A stretch of 64,000 nt of DNA from Lingula anatina (taxonomy: Eukaryota; Animalia; Brachiopoda): the NCBI GenBank assembly GCA_051362555.1, contig CM120645.1, forward strand, positions 7,998,001 to 8,062,000, written 5' to 3'. A model generated the notes under the pieces. The model searched no databases, had not been told where the DNA came from, and was given only the letters and a program-made list of their open reading frames with translations. Made by a program: the position numbers and the translations under genes. Shown in pieces: positions 13,601-27,044 of the stretch. Positions within the stretch are counted from its first letter, which is position 1, and the number at the start of each line of letters is the position of its first letter.

Positions 13601-14479
13601 ATATATACATATAGATTAGCAATTGTTGAAATCAGTGACTATACACATGTATACGAATGTCGCATTCCATAATCAATTTACCAGGTTTGATCTACACGCC
13701 CAGTCTCTGCTGACAGCGCATAACGGGTCTCACACTGGTACTATGATCTGGTTTGGACATGCGCAGAAAGACTTACTCTCTTCTCCATGCATTTCTGTAC
13801 AAATATGAGGAGGGGCGTAATCACATCCATTTCTTTTGTATTCATGATGTGTATAAACATATCCGGGGGAGAGAGGGCATTAGTATTACACAGGTATGAC
13901 ATGGTATGAAATGTCTGTTCACCTCTACTTACCTTTGAAGTTAAATATCTACCATTTTCTCTTAATAATCTGCATCTGATCAGGTTTTGACTGAAACAAA
14001 TAAACAGTAAACAATCACAAATGTGTAAGGTATTTTCCTGGTAGTAGCATCGTATTATCGGCCTCGTATTATTACTACTAACATTATCATTAAATTTATA
14101 AATTACAGTGAAGCTACTGTATTTTAACTCCCCCCTCCCCTCCCATCTCCCCGGAAAACCGCAATTGTAAACAGAACTTGGCTCTTTTACTTTTAACTAC
14201 TCTTTTCAATGCATGTCTGCAAACAGGGCTTTCCTCTACCTAAATGTTAGAAGCATACTGTAGCTCAGCAATCTGCAAATAAGACAAGAAGAAAAACAGA
14301 CCCTGTAGGAAGGACTTTCGTATCACTTACCTGTCCACGATCTGCTGTCTATCAGGCTTCTTTTCTGAGGAGAGAAGAATTGTAACATAATGTCGTATTA
14401 CTCCCACTAAAAATGTTATTACAACAATGGGCAACACAACCCATAACCTAATATTTGGATCTAGTAATAACTCTGCCAT
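10676..14479 (-). CDS. EMC3: ER membrane protein complex subunit 3, 8 exons, 259 aa
   Basis: Exons 14479-14331, 13990-13933, 13250-13154, 12603-12499, 12195-12114, 11793-11714, 11155-11073, 10801-10676, all GT-AG and in frame. Translation: [31 protein letters not shown]...[33 protein letters not shown]...[17 protein letters not shown]...[16 protein letters not shown]...DPAKAFKAEWEALE. Confidence 0.96.
12677..12886. mobile_element. MITE (PIF/Harbinger/Tourist-like) in an EMC3 intron
   Basis: Imperfect TIRs GGCACATTCAAAACAAGTTGATCTGCC / GGTAGATCAACTTTGGTTGTGAATGCAGCC, TAA on both sides, internally palindromic. Confidence 0.65.
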
Positions 14480-14704
14480 TGCAATAAGTGTGGGAGATTT
14501 ACTTTCTCGTAGGGGAGAGATTGTGGGAGACTTGAGTAAAGCTAATATGATTTATATTTGATTTAAGCTAATATAATAAAGGTTAAACACATTTATAATA
14601 AACATTAAAATATTTTCAAAATAAAGCTTTTTTTCTGTGTTTTCCTCTAGTTAAAATGAAATAGCCTGTCAGTCATGTGACCGGAAAGTGGGGGAATCCC
14701 AAAC
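14480..14704. promoter_or_regulatory. Bidirectional promoter EMC3/UXT
   Basis: Only 225 bp separate the divergent ATGs. An E-box-like GTCATGTGAC (14672-14681) overlaps an ETS-like CCGGAAAGT. Confidence 0.7.
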
Positions 14705-16266
14705 ATGGCTGAATTTGTGCCGCAGAAAGTGTTAGAATACGAATCCTTTGTAAATGAGCGGTTAAAGGGAGATCTAAAGTAAGCATGGATAGATTGAAGG
14801 CAAAGAATAACCAATTTATTTATTTGTTTCAATATAGAAGAACGTGTTTGTGTAAACCTGCCTGTTGACACATCTGTGCTTTTAATTTGTGTTTTCTTTT
14901 CTTTAAAACTTATTAAATGTGATTTATGCTAGGATGCGGAGTAAAGGACCCGTGCCAAAAGGTCAATGAAAAACTTACCCATTAATAAAACTATCGGCTA
15001 AATATTTTAAAAAGATGCATTGTGTTTTAGGAAAGTTCTGGATGAAAGGGATAAGATTTACAGTCAAATGTCAGAGTATTTGCAACTGCAAACCATCATT
15101 GAAAAGCTGCAGGTAATCATGCTGATAATGTTCATTTTTTCCTTATATTTGTATGTGTGCTTGAAAGCAGGCCAAGGAAATGAATTAAAAGCAACAGACT
15201 ATTTTTAAAACAGTTGAGACATACATGTAAACAGTTTTATTGAAATATTGAAGTTGTTTATCAGTTAGATATCAATTTGTTAAAACAAACAGTAAGTACT
15301 ATTTTTTGTTAATGTGAAGCATCACCAGTTTGTTGAAGACTGTTGTTCGTGTCATTCAAAAATGAAAGGATTAATTACTTATTAGAGAAAAAAAAACAAA
15401 CAAATGCCACTTGTAATATGTTCTGTCATTTGATTGCAGGACACCAATTTGACAGAGGAACCAATAAGAACAAAAATAGATCTTGGCTGTAACTTTTATG
15501 TACAAGCAAAAGTGTAAGATAAGATTTTCCATAATGTTTTAACTTATTGAAAAAAGTGTAACCCTTGAATGTTTCTCTTACAAATCTGGGTCTGTTAGCA
15601 GTAATACCTGTAATTGCAAATATTTAAGAGTGTCGCCTCTTTTTGCCAAAATTAGGATCAAAAGGGGTGGGATGGCTTATTTGCATCAGAATGTTTATTT
15701 GAAGGAATATGGTGTCTTTAAGTGCCACTAACTACATCTACATAATAAACATTTCTAAAATTTTTCAGGCCAGATGCATCCAAGATCTTTGTTTCAGTTG
15801 GTTTTGGTTTCTTTGTTGAATTCACACTTCCTGAGGCCAATCGCTTCATAGACAAAAAGATGTCCCATCTCAATGAAATCTCTTCCAAGCTTACTCACCA
15901 AGCTTCAGAAATCAAGGGGCACATAAAGCTTGTGCTGGAAGTTAGTTACTTTTATTTATTTCAACGTATGTAATTCTGCTGCTGAGAGTGCACTTAAATT
16001 TTGAGTCTTGGGCACAGCTTGTTAAATTTGGCATCTATAGACATTTTGTCCAGTCTTGTACTGAAAAAGCCATGTGTTACATAATTGTTTTTCTGGAATG
16101 TATGTTCTTTTATTTAGAAGTTGCTCTTTTTCACTTGCTTACAGAAACAGTGAGAAAGAATTGTGATTATTAATATATATAATTTTTTTTCACAATCAAG
16201 GGGATACGTGAACTTCAGCATCTAGATGATGGCACCCCTCCTAGTCAAACTAATATCAGGGAATGA
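14705..16266 (+). CDS. UXT: Protein UXT (alpha-type prefoldin-like), 5 exons, 155 aa
   Basis: Exons 14705-14778, 15031-15112, 15440-15513, 15769-15940, 16201-16266. Translation: MAEFVPQKVLEYESFVNERLKGDL...EYLQLQTIIEKL...TKIDLGCNFYVQAKVPDASKIFVSVGFGFFVEFTLPEA...IKGHIKLVLEGIRELQHL. Confidence 0.95.
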
Positions 16267-17740
16267 AGAAGGGAAGTGGTAACTTCTGAGATCCAACTCA
16301 GTGATGAAAATATCCCAAAGGATGCCCCTTCTACAAGTCATGATGTTGTTGGGCACAGGTGGCATATACGTATCAGAGACTGAGCAAGAGACAGGAGGAG
16401 GTGTTTATAGGAGTGAAGCAGCAAGAAGGCAGCTCCCAGTGCAGCTCTGTGACATGACCAGAGCTCGACTGACGTGAACACCATCTGTTTTTGTGTGAAT
16501 GTGACATAAGTCCAACAAGTAGACCATGGTCATCATAATGGCAGGAAGTTGGTTTTTATCTTGAAGTTGTTTATTGTGATTCAAGTTACTGAAAATGTGA
16601 ATCAGAGGTTTTTAGTTTGGAAATCAACTTGGGAGTACAAATACAAGACAGATTCATTGGATTGTTTAAATACTAAGGCACTGCCAAATGTCAGTGGGAT
16701 GAATTAAATCCAAGAAAATTTAATCAGACTAATGTAAGTAACAAATGTGTTATTATAATTGTTGTTATAATAATAAAATAATAGTAATTTCTTTTAGTCT
16801 TAAATCCTTAAAATATTTTCAGAAGACTTTAAAGTTAGAAATGATAATTTAAGATAATGATTGATTATATAGATTAAATAAATAAATAAATTTGACTTAT
16901 ATATTTCCATCTGTTTAGGAATTTGAGCAAAAAAAAATGTCTTGAAGTCAGTTTACAAGTTCAATAAAATAGCAGATTGCAACCATGTGGTTGCTGAAAA
17001 CTATTATAGCATTTTGTCTATTTAAATAAAGGCCAGAAATCCAAAAACTGGTACAGTGCTTTTCAGTTTCACAGCCCCAGGCTTCAACCTGCTCTTATTA
17101 CTAGTACTTCAAATTGATAGCAATCCCCTCATTTTTAAAAATAGAATAATAATGCATCATGATACAAAATATTAAATTTTAATTTTCCACCCAATATCAA
17201 ATGAGACAGTTTTTGTAAAAAATGCACACAACATTCTTATCCTTATAAAGTGAACAGATTTTTATTTCATATCTCATTTTCTTCACAATCCAGTAATTAC
17301 AGTACAGGTATATGCACCTTATACCTATTAAGACACTGCAAAAAATGAAAGTCAGATTTTCAGTTTCTTAATGCAGTTTTTTCCTTGCCAACATGCATGC
17401 TGTAGAAAAGTTCTTTTATCTTTCTGAAATCACTTTTCTTCTCCCAGGCAGTATTCTCCATATCTCAGCAGCTAAAATTGCAGTTTCTAGAGAAATTGAG
17501 TCTTCATTCCTTGCAACAGTTCTGTAAACATTAACTCTCATTAAGTTGCTGAAAATCTCCTTAAAAGATTATCAATACAGACTTTTTAGCCATCTTTTTT
17601 TCCCCTGTTTGTCCTCACTTTTGTAAACAAAAAGCAGTGCAATCCAGCATAAAATCTACAACATGCTTTTAGGTGTTCTTTTTTATTATGTAACTTGTCC
17701 TCTCCATGTACATTGTCTATGGTCTACAGAAAATGCCTTG

Positions 17741-20700
17741 TCATCCTTCTTTGGAATCTGGTTTTGGTATTTGAAGTTTCTGAAAAGTATAGCAAAGCAA
17801 ATAATATTTCCCTTTGTCAGACTATTTTTTTGCAGCAACACCATATACTAGTTGTAAATGGAATAACATCTGTATTAGTCTTCCATTCTCTGTCAAACTG
17901 TTAATGTAACCACTTTCATATTATATAAAATGCAGCTTTGACAACTCTTGCTCTTAAAATACTTTGAGTTCTTAAACAAAGTACTTTGCATGAAAAAAAA
18001 AACTCTTCACAATATAATATTTAGGAACAAACCAAATTATGTGAAACTTGCAGCTTTATATGCCTATCAAATTGTGCTAAAAACATAAGAACCTTCTTAG
18101 TTTTCTCTACACAGCTCCTGAAGTCCTTTACTACTTCTGAACACAGCACGGTGGCATTGGGGTTGTCACGGTAACACTGTAAAACTTTTTCTTCTAAATC
18201 TTGACAAACGGGAGAGGCAACTTTAGCCCTGAAATGTTATAATTTTTAATAATGCATGTTGTTTATAAATTACGAAAAATTGGGTGAGTTAACCAGAATT
18301 CAAGAAAAAAAATTCCCCCAAATTATCCATTTCAAAAATAGAATGTGATGGTCCTCAAATAATAACACAAAACAACGACATCTTTCATTTCTTTTAAAAA
18401 AACGTTGCAAAAAAGTCTTTCAATGCAGTTGTCAGTGTTATATTACATTTAATGGGAAATCAAAGTAAATCACTTGCATTTTAACTGTTAAATAAAAGAG
18501 GAATCATTGTTACTTAAGTCAACTTACGTCTTTGGTCTAAGCTCTACTAATTTTTTATCACTTTCTTTCATACTGGTAAAGAACGCATGTGCTAAATCAC
18601 ATGGAATGCATATTTCCTGTATTAGACAAAAAAAGACAAAGGACATGGCATTAGCTGACAGCAACAGGACTGCTCTAATATAATTTCAAGGTCAAGATCT
18701 TCTGGGTCATTGAGCAGTATGTTGTAGCATGAAGAGGTAATGATAATGAATTCCCTTGAATTAAAAAAAAAGCCTTCATTTGGCTTACAAATTGATTTGG
18801 GCTGAAACTGAAGAAAGCCTCTGTTTGTATGAGCACTTCATGCATTATCATAAATGTAATATATAATAGTGGAGTCAGGCTGAGCAACAGTTATCAAATC
18901 CTTATGTGTTAACAGAAAAAATTAAAGGTGGCTTTAAGGAATTAGTAAAATTTTCTGCCAATGTTGTTTTTATATTACTTCTCAGTTAAAGATGCATACA
19001 AAGTCAATTTTTTGTCACAAAAACCAACCAAATGCCAGCATATAGTTTCAAGTAGTATAACTAAGAGAATTACCAAAAGGCATTGTTTAATTTTACCCGA
19101 AAATGATGTTTGAACAGATTTTTCTGCTGGCATTCTAAGCTGTATGTCAATGGGGTAGGAAAGTAGGTCACAGAAGTAGGTTAAATTTACAACCATAAAT
19201 TTAGAGAAAGGAGCAGTCTAAAGGTCTTTTATGGCTGATCGAGTGATCTATTCAGTTTATTCCTTGGCATGTCAAATTTATTTGAGCCATATAAGAATCT
19301 AGTAGAAGTGGTTTACATGTGTTACTGGGAATCCACACTCCACTGATGCTCGGTTCGTATGTACCTTTAAAGGGATGTCCCTTTATAATGCCATGTTCTA
19401 AGTCTTTGTCTATCCAGAAATGCACCTATCAAAGTTATGGAATCTAACTGAGGTAATCTGATTATGAGGGGTGATCATTAAAAGTATATATAAATATATG
19501 AGTAGATGTTACCATTTGACCTCTACATGGCATAGCATCTAGGTCCACAAATATTTTGCTTGTGGACAAATAACAATCTTTGGACTGCATCTTATCAAAC
19601 TGATAAATGTTTTTACTCGAAGGAAACTTTTTTTTTTCAGAATACAGCAGGGAAACAACACCAAAACAATTACAATGAACATGCACATCAGCACTATGAA
19701 GATATTTAAATGTAGAATCCCCCAACCCAAAATTAACCAAAAGCCAAGCAAGAAGGAAACTTACTTTATATACTCCTCTAAGTTTGGCAACTTCTCTTTC
19801 AGTAAATCAAACATCTCCACGGCCATTTTGTCAGCCTCTTCTTGCTTTAAACCCAAAAATAATACACTTGTAGTAGTCAAAAAATACCACAAGACCACTG
19901 TGTATATGGAAATAACTTTGGTTCTAGATATTTGGTTACTATGTATATAGTTTAACTTGAAGTGTGTTAGACTGCATTCCCAGAGATTTAGATCAATCAA
20001 TCTGGATCCACCTAACTCCCTGGGGGTTCACGCTAAATTGCTGTCAGCCGAGATCGCACGACAGTTAATTACCCCCTTACAGCTTTTAGTAGGCGGGACA
20101 GACATTTAAGCAGGTTAAGCTGACACCAATCTAGTGAGACTCCCCAGGGAGATAGATCGATCTAAATATCTATGGGAACAGGGTCTAAGTCTTATACAGG
20201 GAAATTTAGAGACTATATGGCAGTTTCTTCATTGTTGTTACCAAAGAGATAAAACAAATTGTAGAGGGCAAAATGGATGCAAAAGCAATGTCACGGGTAT
20301 TTTTCTTTACACCTACTTCACAATCTATATAAAAGTGCGTTAGAGACAGCTATAGAGTGAGGATAATATATGTTTGAAATAACGTTCACATGAGGATGCA
20401 ATAAAGTGCCCAACCTGCCCTCCACATCAATGCAAAGCTGTGATCACACAAAAACCACTTTTGTAGTAACTACAATTTTGTAATAATATATAACTTAATT
20501 AATATCTAAAAACCAATACCTTCTCAAAACAACTACAGTAACATACATATCACTTGAAAAGATTGAATCTTTACACTACACTGTTCTATTCTTTCTAGAT
20601 ACCATGAAAATGAACTCACCCCTTCCTTTAATTTGTTCGCTGCATCATCAAATTCACTGTAACATGTGTCTAACTCCTTTTCTAATTTTTCTATGTATGC

Positions 20701-22166
20701 TTTTGTCTGAAAAAGGTAAAAAAGAAATTCTTTCTGATTGAAATGAAAACAATATGTAACATCATAACACATGCTCATTAATCACAGACATGCAGAGACT
20801 GTTGTTCTTCCTAAATTCAGCTGATTTAAGGATATTGATCCTGACAATTGACATTTCAAATGCACTGTTGTTTGCAAATGTGTTTTACTTTAGTAAATTT
20901 AAGAGTGGAAAAAATATAAAACAGTCACTACATAAATACACTAAAATCCTGAACACAGTCAAACAACATATAAAACCCACACTTTACCTCTTTTGAAACA
21001 GCTTCTTTTGATGCACTTTCTGCTGAAACACCATCATCCATCCCTAATCTTGAACTCGTATCTAAAAAAATATAAAATCATCCTATTATGAAGCCATCCA
21101 GTAGGATAGAACAAAAAAATGATTTTATTTTAATTCATAACATGAAAACATGCACTAGGAATGTGACTCAATTGTATTTATAACATGTAAAACATGATCA
21201 AATCTGCTTTATCATTTACTTCAAATACAAGAAAATTTTACACATATGGAACAATATAACACACTCAAGTATGTACATGTATTACAGCAGCAACAGATAA
21301 AAGTAAGAAGGAAGCAAGGCTGTCAAATACATAGACATAAATGGAGTTGTACCTTTTTCTACTTCTGGTTGTCCTGTTAATCTTCTTAGCACAGAATCTG
21401 TTATCTACAATGTCAAGAAATATGTATACTCCTTCAAATTATAACAACCACTTCCACCAAATAGTGGACCAAAAAATAAACAAAGTAAAGAAATAAAAAT
21501 GCAATTCACTATTCAGCTTCTTTAGAGATGCTTTTCCTACAGCGTCTTTCACTATGTCTTTTGGATTTGATGGATGATGGCATGATGATGAAATGGCCTT
21601 GGCTCCTACTTAATTTTTGAATGGGCGTGAAGTTGCTGGTCAAACAGCATTTCAGCATACTGCCAAACTTATATCTGAATGATAGAGGCACTGTTCAAGT
21701 CACCATTATGTGAATTGCTAAAAACATTGAAAATTCAAAACTCATATGTTTATGGCTGAAGTGACTAAAATCAACAATCATATTACATTCATATATCATA
21801 TTCATATCATACTGTATATGTTTGATTTTTTTTCAAAGTAATGAAATGTTGCGTAAGCTCGTATGCTTTCACCCAAACACGAATGATATGATGCAAAACC
21901 AGTGCAGCATAGACATTTGACAAATACTAAACTGCAAAACTATGTCTATAAACTGCACATATTTTATTCTGTTACAACATTTTAAACTGGAATTTAAACT
22001 GGTGAAGTGTCTGTAGACAGTGTAGTTTAAGATAACATTTGCATTTAAATTAAAAGCACCATTCTCAACAAATCACATGGTTTACCTTTATGACACCTAT
22101 ATTCCCATCTTGGTCGTCTACCCTTTCTATTGTTATATCTCGCACTTTACTTCCATCGGCCCCCAT
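17741..22166 (-). CDS. CHCHD3: MICOS subunit MIC19/MIC25 (CHCHD3/CHCHD6-like)
   Basis: Exons 22166-22086 (MGADGSKVRDITIERVDDQDGNIGVIK, Gly2 myristoylation-type start), 21404-21353 (ITDSVLRRL), 21061-20988, 20706-20620, then 19844-19765 or 18616-18528, then 18228-18093 (twin CX9C: CQDLEEKVLQC...CSEVVKDFRSC) and 17779-17741 (KLQIPKPDSKEG*). Confidence 0.85.
18990..19366 (+). mobile_element. 377-bp TTAA-flanked MITE (Kolobok-like termini)
   Basis: TTAA|AGATGCATAC...GTATGTACCT|TTAA. A near-identical copy is at 51348-51724. Confidence 0.85.
19967..20188 (+). mobile_element. ~220-bp MITE with TTA/TAA ends (Harbinger-like)
   Basis: TIR-like TTAGAC..ATTCCCAGAGAT.TAGATC / GATCTAAATATCTATGGGAACAGGGTCTAA. 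Inverted copy at 60534-60753; degenerate copy at ~23513-23660. Confidence 0.75.
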
Positions 22167-22700
22167 TCTGAAGCAATTTGATAAAAATCGTAAAAATAGT
22201 GGTGCGACGAGCACGCAACACGAGGTCACTCGAAGGTCACTAAGGCCAAGAGCCACTCCGCATGGAATGATGCACGGTTCACAAAATAGTATTTTTGCGA
22301 CCCATATATACTTATAAACCGTGTTCATTCTATAATATTTTTCTTTTTATGTATTTTTCACATAAATTTAATTTTTTCTTATGGTTACCTAAATTACGTT
22401 ACACTCTAGCTCCGCACTGTTATGGGGGCGAAAAAAATACTTGGGCTGGGGATCGATCAGTCTACATAGAGCACTGCAATGTGACAGATGGGTAATATTA
22501 TTCCATGCGTATTCGTTTAATATATTCTGCAGTTATGATTCGTGATTAAAACGCTGCATTTAGTGCACATGTGTCATATCAGTGCAAGGAATATTCTAAC
22601 TATTTGAATCTCGCTTGGAATTTGACACTGAAGAGTAATCAGTGAGTCAAGCACAGCAGAAGGAACCCATCTTCACAAAATAAGGTAATAACCAAAAGTC
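22167..22700. promoter_or_regulatory. Bidirectional promoter region MIC19/RBSN, with probable RBSN non-coding first exon(s)
   Basis: Locally CpG-rich. Perfect DR5 AGGTCA-CTCGA-AGGTCA at 22223-22239. Candidate + donors G|GTAATA near 22491 and 22684. Confidence 0.55.
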
Positions 22701-23258
22701 CAAACTGCGCGGGTACTGACCTCAAGTCAGTGAAAATGTTTATTTTACTTCGTACATACGTATTAGACAGTGCACTTAATTTAAACGAATCCTTAATTTA
22801 CATTTCATACTATTATATAATTGTTAATTTTAAGGTGCCGAGCATAGTACCTTATTGACGGCTGATGCTGATGATATAAGAGGAGGGCATGAAAATGGGA
22901 TCATCTCCCTATGCCTCAGCATCATTACTCAAACATATCCTTAGTTCTCCACATTGTTACTCCCATGAGATGACTCACCAATATACTCCACTAACTTCCT
23001 CCCTCGCTCCTTTGGTTTTTTAAGGAGAAAATTTTCTCCCTTTTATGTCAGGTATTCAGACCTATGGTTATGTTTTAAAATAAAGAATTGTTTTCATCTG
23101 TTGCATTTTTACCTGTGAATATACATAAAGATATGCAACCCTGATATGCTGAAAGTGAGGTGTTGACACAGAATGTATTTACTAATTATCTACTTGGAAT
23201 TTTTATCATTCAGATATGTAGGAGCAGCTTGGAATATTGTCCACTGGTGTCTGGTGAG

Positions 23259-24414
23259 ATGGCAGATAGTGAGATAAGGGAGGGGTTCCTGTGTCCTATT
23301 TGTGTAAAGGACTTGGGGACAATATCACAACTACAACAACACTTTGAAGATGAACATTCAACAGAGGATAAAGCGGTGCTGCAGCAGCTTAAAGGTATAG
23401 GTTATTTACCAGAGATATATTTAATCTCAATGATACACTGGCAGCAACACATAACAAAAAAATTGGTACTGGACTTAAAAAGTAATTAATGCAAGGATCG
23501 GACTTTGGATGGGTTCCCAGACCCTATTGTACTAACAGTGGATCAATCTATCTCCAAGGGGATTCTCACTAAATTGCAATCAACTTAAGCAGCTTAGATT
23601 TATGTCGTGCCTACTGAAGCTGCTATGAGGTAATTAATTATCTTTAGCAGCTTCAGGCGTGGTCCTTTGAAAGAGGTACATGTACGGTACCTCTCATATG
23701 CAAAAGGGAAAAGAATGTTAGTGAGCCAGTGAGTTTGTCACGTGACAGGTCAAATGGCTATAGGTATTTATTTGAGGACTTAGTCCCCAATGTGGGAGAG
23801 ATTAAATATCAGTCCTCCATGGTTCAGTGAGTGTTGCTGATAGGGGCTTCAGGTGGGTGGGTGGGTGGGGGTAAGTGATGAATGTTTCTTATCATAATTG
23901 TATGGTAAGATTGACATCTTTATGGGGTGGGGTGGGATGAAGGGGATGAAGTCTAGATCTGCTAGTGTCATACATTAGATGTTAATGTCTCTCCCAATTT
24001 ATTTCTTAACATATTTCACTTATCTGTCGTAGAATTTTACTTAGTTAATTACAGGAGAAAAAGTTATCAAACTCAATTAAAGGCCTTTTAAAATTTGTTT
24101 TTTATAACTTTGACATTTCTAAAATGTCCAGTTGATCGCTCCTTACTCTGACTGCTTTGTTTATCATCTTTCACCAGGACTGTTTGGCAAGGCCAAGAGG
24201 AAAATCTTGGCTGCAATTGACTCTGATGAAGAAGACACAGTGGACAGTGGTCCCAGTGGTCACCCAGGGTCCAGTACAGCTGTGTCCCAGTCTGTGGATG
24301 CAGGGGGCATAGATCCCACTCTGTGGGAGCCGCAGGAGATAGGTATGGTATTACATAAGTTTATAGTATATAAAATACGTGTGTTTGTGTGTGTGTGTGT
24401 GTTTGTGTGTGTGT

Positions 24415-24448
<34 letters not shown>

Positions 24449-26997
24449 ATACTCATCTTAATTAGCATCTGCACATACACATAACAGGTAGTCATCATGC
24501 TTATTTGCAAAAAGCCTGAAATTTATCTAATTACAATACTTTTCAGGTTGTACAAGAAGTCACACTGATTTCTTCAAACCTATCCGAGATGCTAGAATTG
24601 ACCGCTATGTGGTGGAGACAAACAAGCTCATCATAAGACTGGACAAACTGGTCGGACCAGATGTACCGAGTGACCCTAGCAGGAGAAAAAGTAGATCATT
24701 TTATATTGGTTATTATTTTTTGGAGGTTTAAACCAAAGACAACTATTTTCATGTAGTTACTATACATCTTATACACTCTTACTATTTCTTTATAGTGATC
24801 ACCCTGCTTTTATTTTATTTTGAAAAATGAATTATTTTAATGTTAAATTTGTGTATTAAACCAGTAGTACCCATATTATGAGTTTGTATTTAAAAAAATG
24901 ATTTCATGATCTGAATAAGAATTAGATTTTTCTCTGTCAACAGCTAAACATTGAAATTGTTTACCTCCAATATTTTGATAATTGTCAATTTTTAGCTGTT
25001 GATTGAAGAAAAACTTACTTTATTTATATAACATCACACATTTGATAAATTCTTCTCTGATTTTATTATCTGTTATTTAATCTGTTTCAGTATTTGAGAA
25101 GAAAGTTGTCCAGTGGGCACCCGACTCTCACGTCAACCTGTGTATGACATGTGGCAAGTCGTTTGGTATAATGAGACGACGCCACCACTGCCGTCTATGT
25201 GGAGGTGTCATGTGTGATAAATGCTCAGAATTCTTGTCATTCTCTTATGCTAGTAAGTTTTCTGTTTTTGTTTTATAGGTTATGTCTTGTCTTTATACTT
25301 AAGGCTACATATTATGTAATGAGTTAAATAATTATGTTGATTTATATACAAATGACAAGAATTGTTGAGGTCACAGCAGAATCTGATGTTTGAATTATTA
25401 AAAACTTAATTTTATGACTGCTAGTCTTTGTACTCCTAGATGAATGGTGAAATTCAACAATCATGTATATAAAAAAATTCTGAAGATTCAGATTTAAAAG
25501 TGTTTGTTATATATCTCCTGTCCAGAAAAGCTCACAGATCCTGCATTTAAACCTGGCAATGATACCCCGCTGGGTATTGGTTTCCGACGCTCCAATAGCA
25601 CAAGTAGCCTCAATTCCATGATGACCCCTGAAGGCGAACCCCACATCAGAATCTGCTGGGAATGTCGCAAGCTTCTGGAAAGGAGAGCACAGCAGATGGA
25701 ACACAGAAACTCCAGGCCTGTGATTGGTCAGTTTTATGAGGTAAGTTTGTTACATGCTGTGTGATTGGCTGTTGATTAAAGAGTTTCACAAGTGCTTATC
25801 CTCACCCTGTCTCGGGTATTGTAGACCTTAGTCAATTTGTTTAATTTTGCTTTCCTTTGATGTTATAGCTTAGAATATTGAAGATTACAGTTATAGCTAC
25901 TGTGTATATATCTTTATAATGCTCTCGTAGGGAGAGTTGTCATAATACTGTAGGTCTTAATTTTCTGATGTTGAATAATTGTTATATCTCAAATTTCTAC
26001 CCACAGTGGTTGAATACACACACAGCTTCTTTTTGCTGATGAATTTTTTTATTGAAATTAATTATTTATACACAGTACTTATGTCACAGTGATATATTAT
26101 ACACATTATTGTTAACCCCTCTGAATTGTCTTTCAGAAAATGCGCCAGCACATGGAGACAGCAGAACAGTTGATACCTGTCTACACACAGGCTGCTGAGT
26201 CCTTGAAGTAAGCATGTTGTTGTATATTGAAGTGAAAAAAAGTCAGTTGTCATATTTAAAGCTTGAATAAATTTCCCAATAACTTAAGGTTATTTACTGG
26301 CAGGTATAGGAGCAAAAATTAAATGAGTCGAGAGACTTAAGACTTAATTTGTTGAAAGAGAAATCATTATGATTTAATTAAGGGGTTGCCAAATTTAAAA
26401 AGAAAAAAAAAGACAGGAAAAAAGTGATTGGGTGCTAGTTTGAATGAATGACTCATTATAAGAAAAAGTTGGCATTGATCATTGTAAGTAAAAGAAAACA
26501 TTTAATTAAATGGAATGATTTCCTGTGTTGTCTTGTTAATATTGCAAATAATAGGTAATGTATTTTCTCTGAAAAACACTACTTATCAGATGAATGATAA
26601 ATTAGTTATATGCACAATTATTTATCTTTCAGTCTTGGCGAAGCTACTTACAATCTTGCTGATGCAGAGGAACAGAAAAGGAAACTTGTTAAACTCTATG
26701 AGCAGATTGATGCTCTGAGGTAAATACTGCATATTACAGTATCTTGTCTTAGTAATTAAGCTGAAGTGGAAATTTAAGAGGTTGATTTGTCAGCATTATT
26801 GTTGGCATTGGTTGTTTAAAAATTATTATCTTATTTTTAATGGCAGGTTGTTTCCTTTAAGTATTTAGAGTGTATTTGGTATTATAAATTCCTTTTTAGG
26901 TAAAAAATCTAGAAAAATAAAAGAAGGTTATTTTCTTATTTCATTAAGAACATGTTTATTCCCATGTCAAGTATGCAGAAATTGTGATTGTTTCAAT

Positions 26998-27044
<47 letters not shown>

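Noticed and set aside
18021-18092. MIC19 read-through C-terminus (VLMFLAQ...VCS*)
   Set aside because: A donor after ..EKTKK and a strong acceptor at 17780 give a short terminal exon, as I recall for vertebrate CHCHD3. Read-through is less likely but not excluded.
18975-19196. Duplicated ORF MVVNLT.. (also 51216-51554)
   Set aside because: Lies within the 377-bp MITE copies; no transposase motif.
21509-21691. 60-aa ORF in MIC19 intron 1 as an extra exon
   Set aside because: The candidate acceptors I tried give stops in the required phase-0 frame, and there is no recognisable homology.
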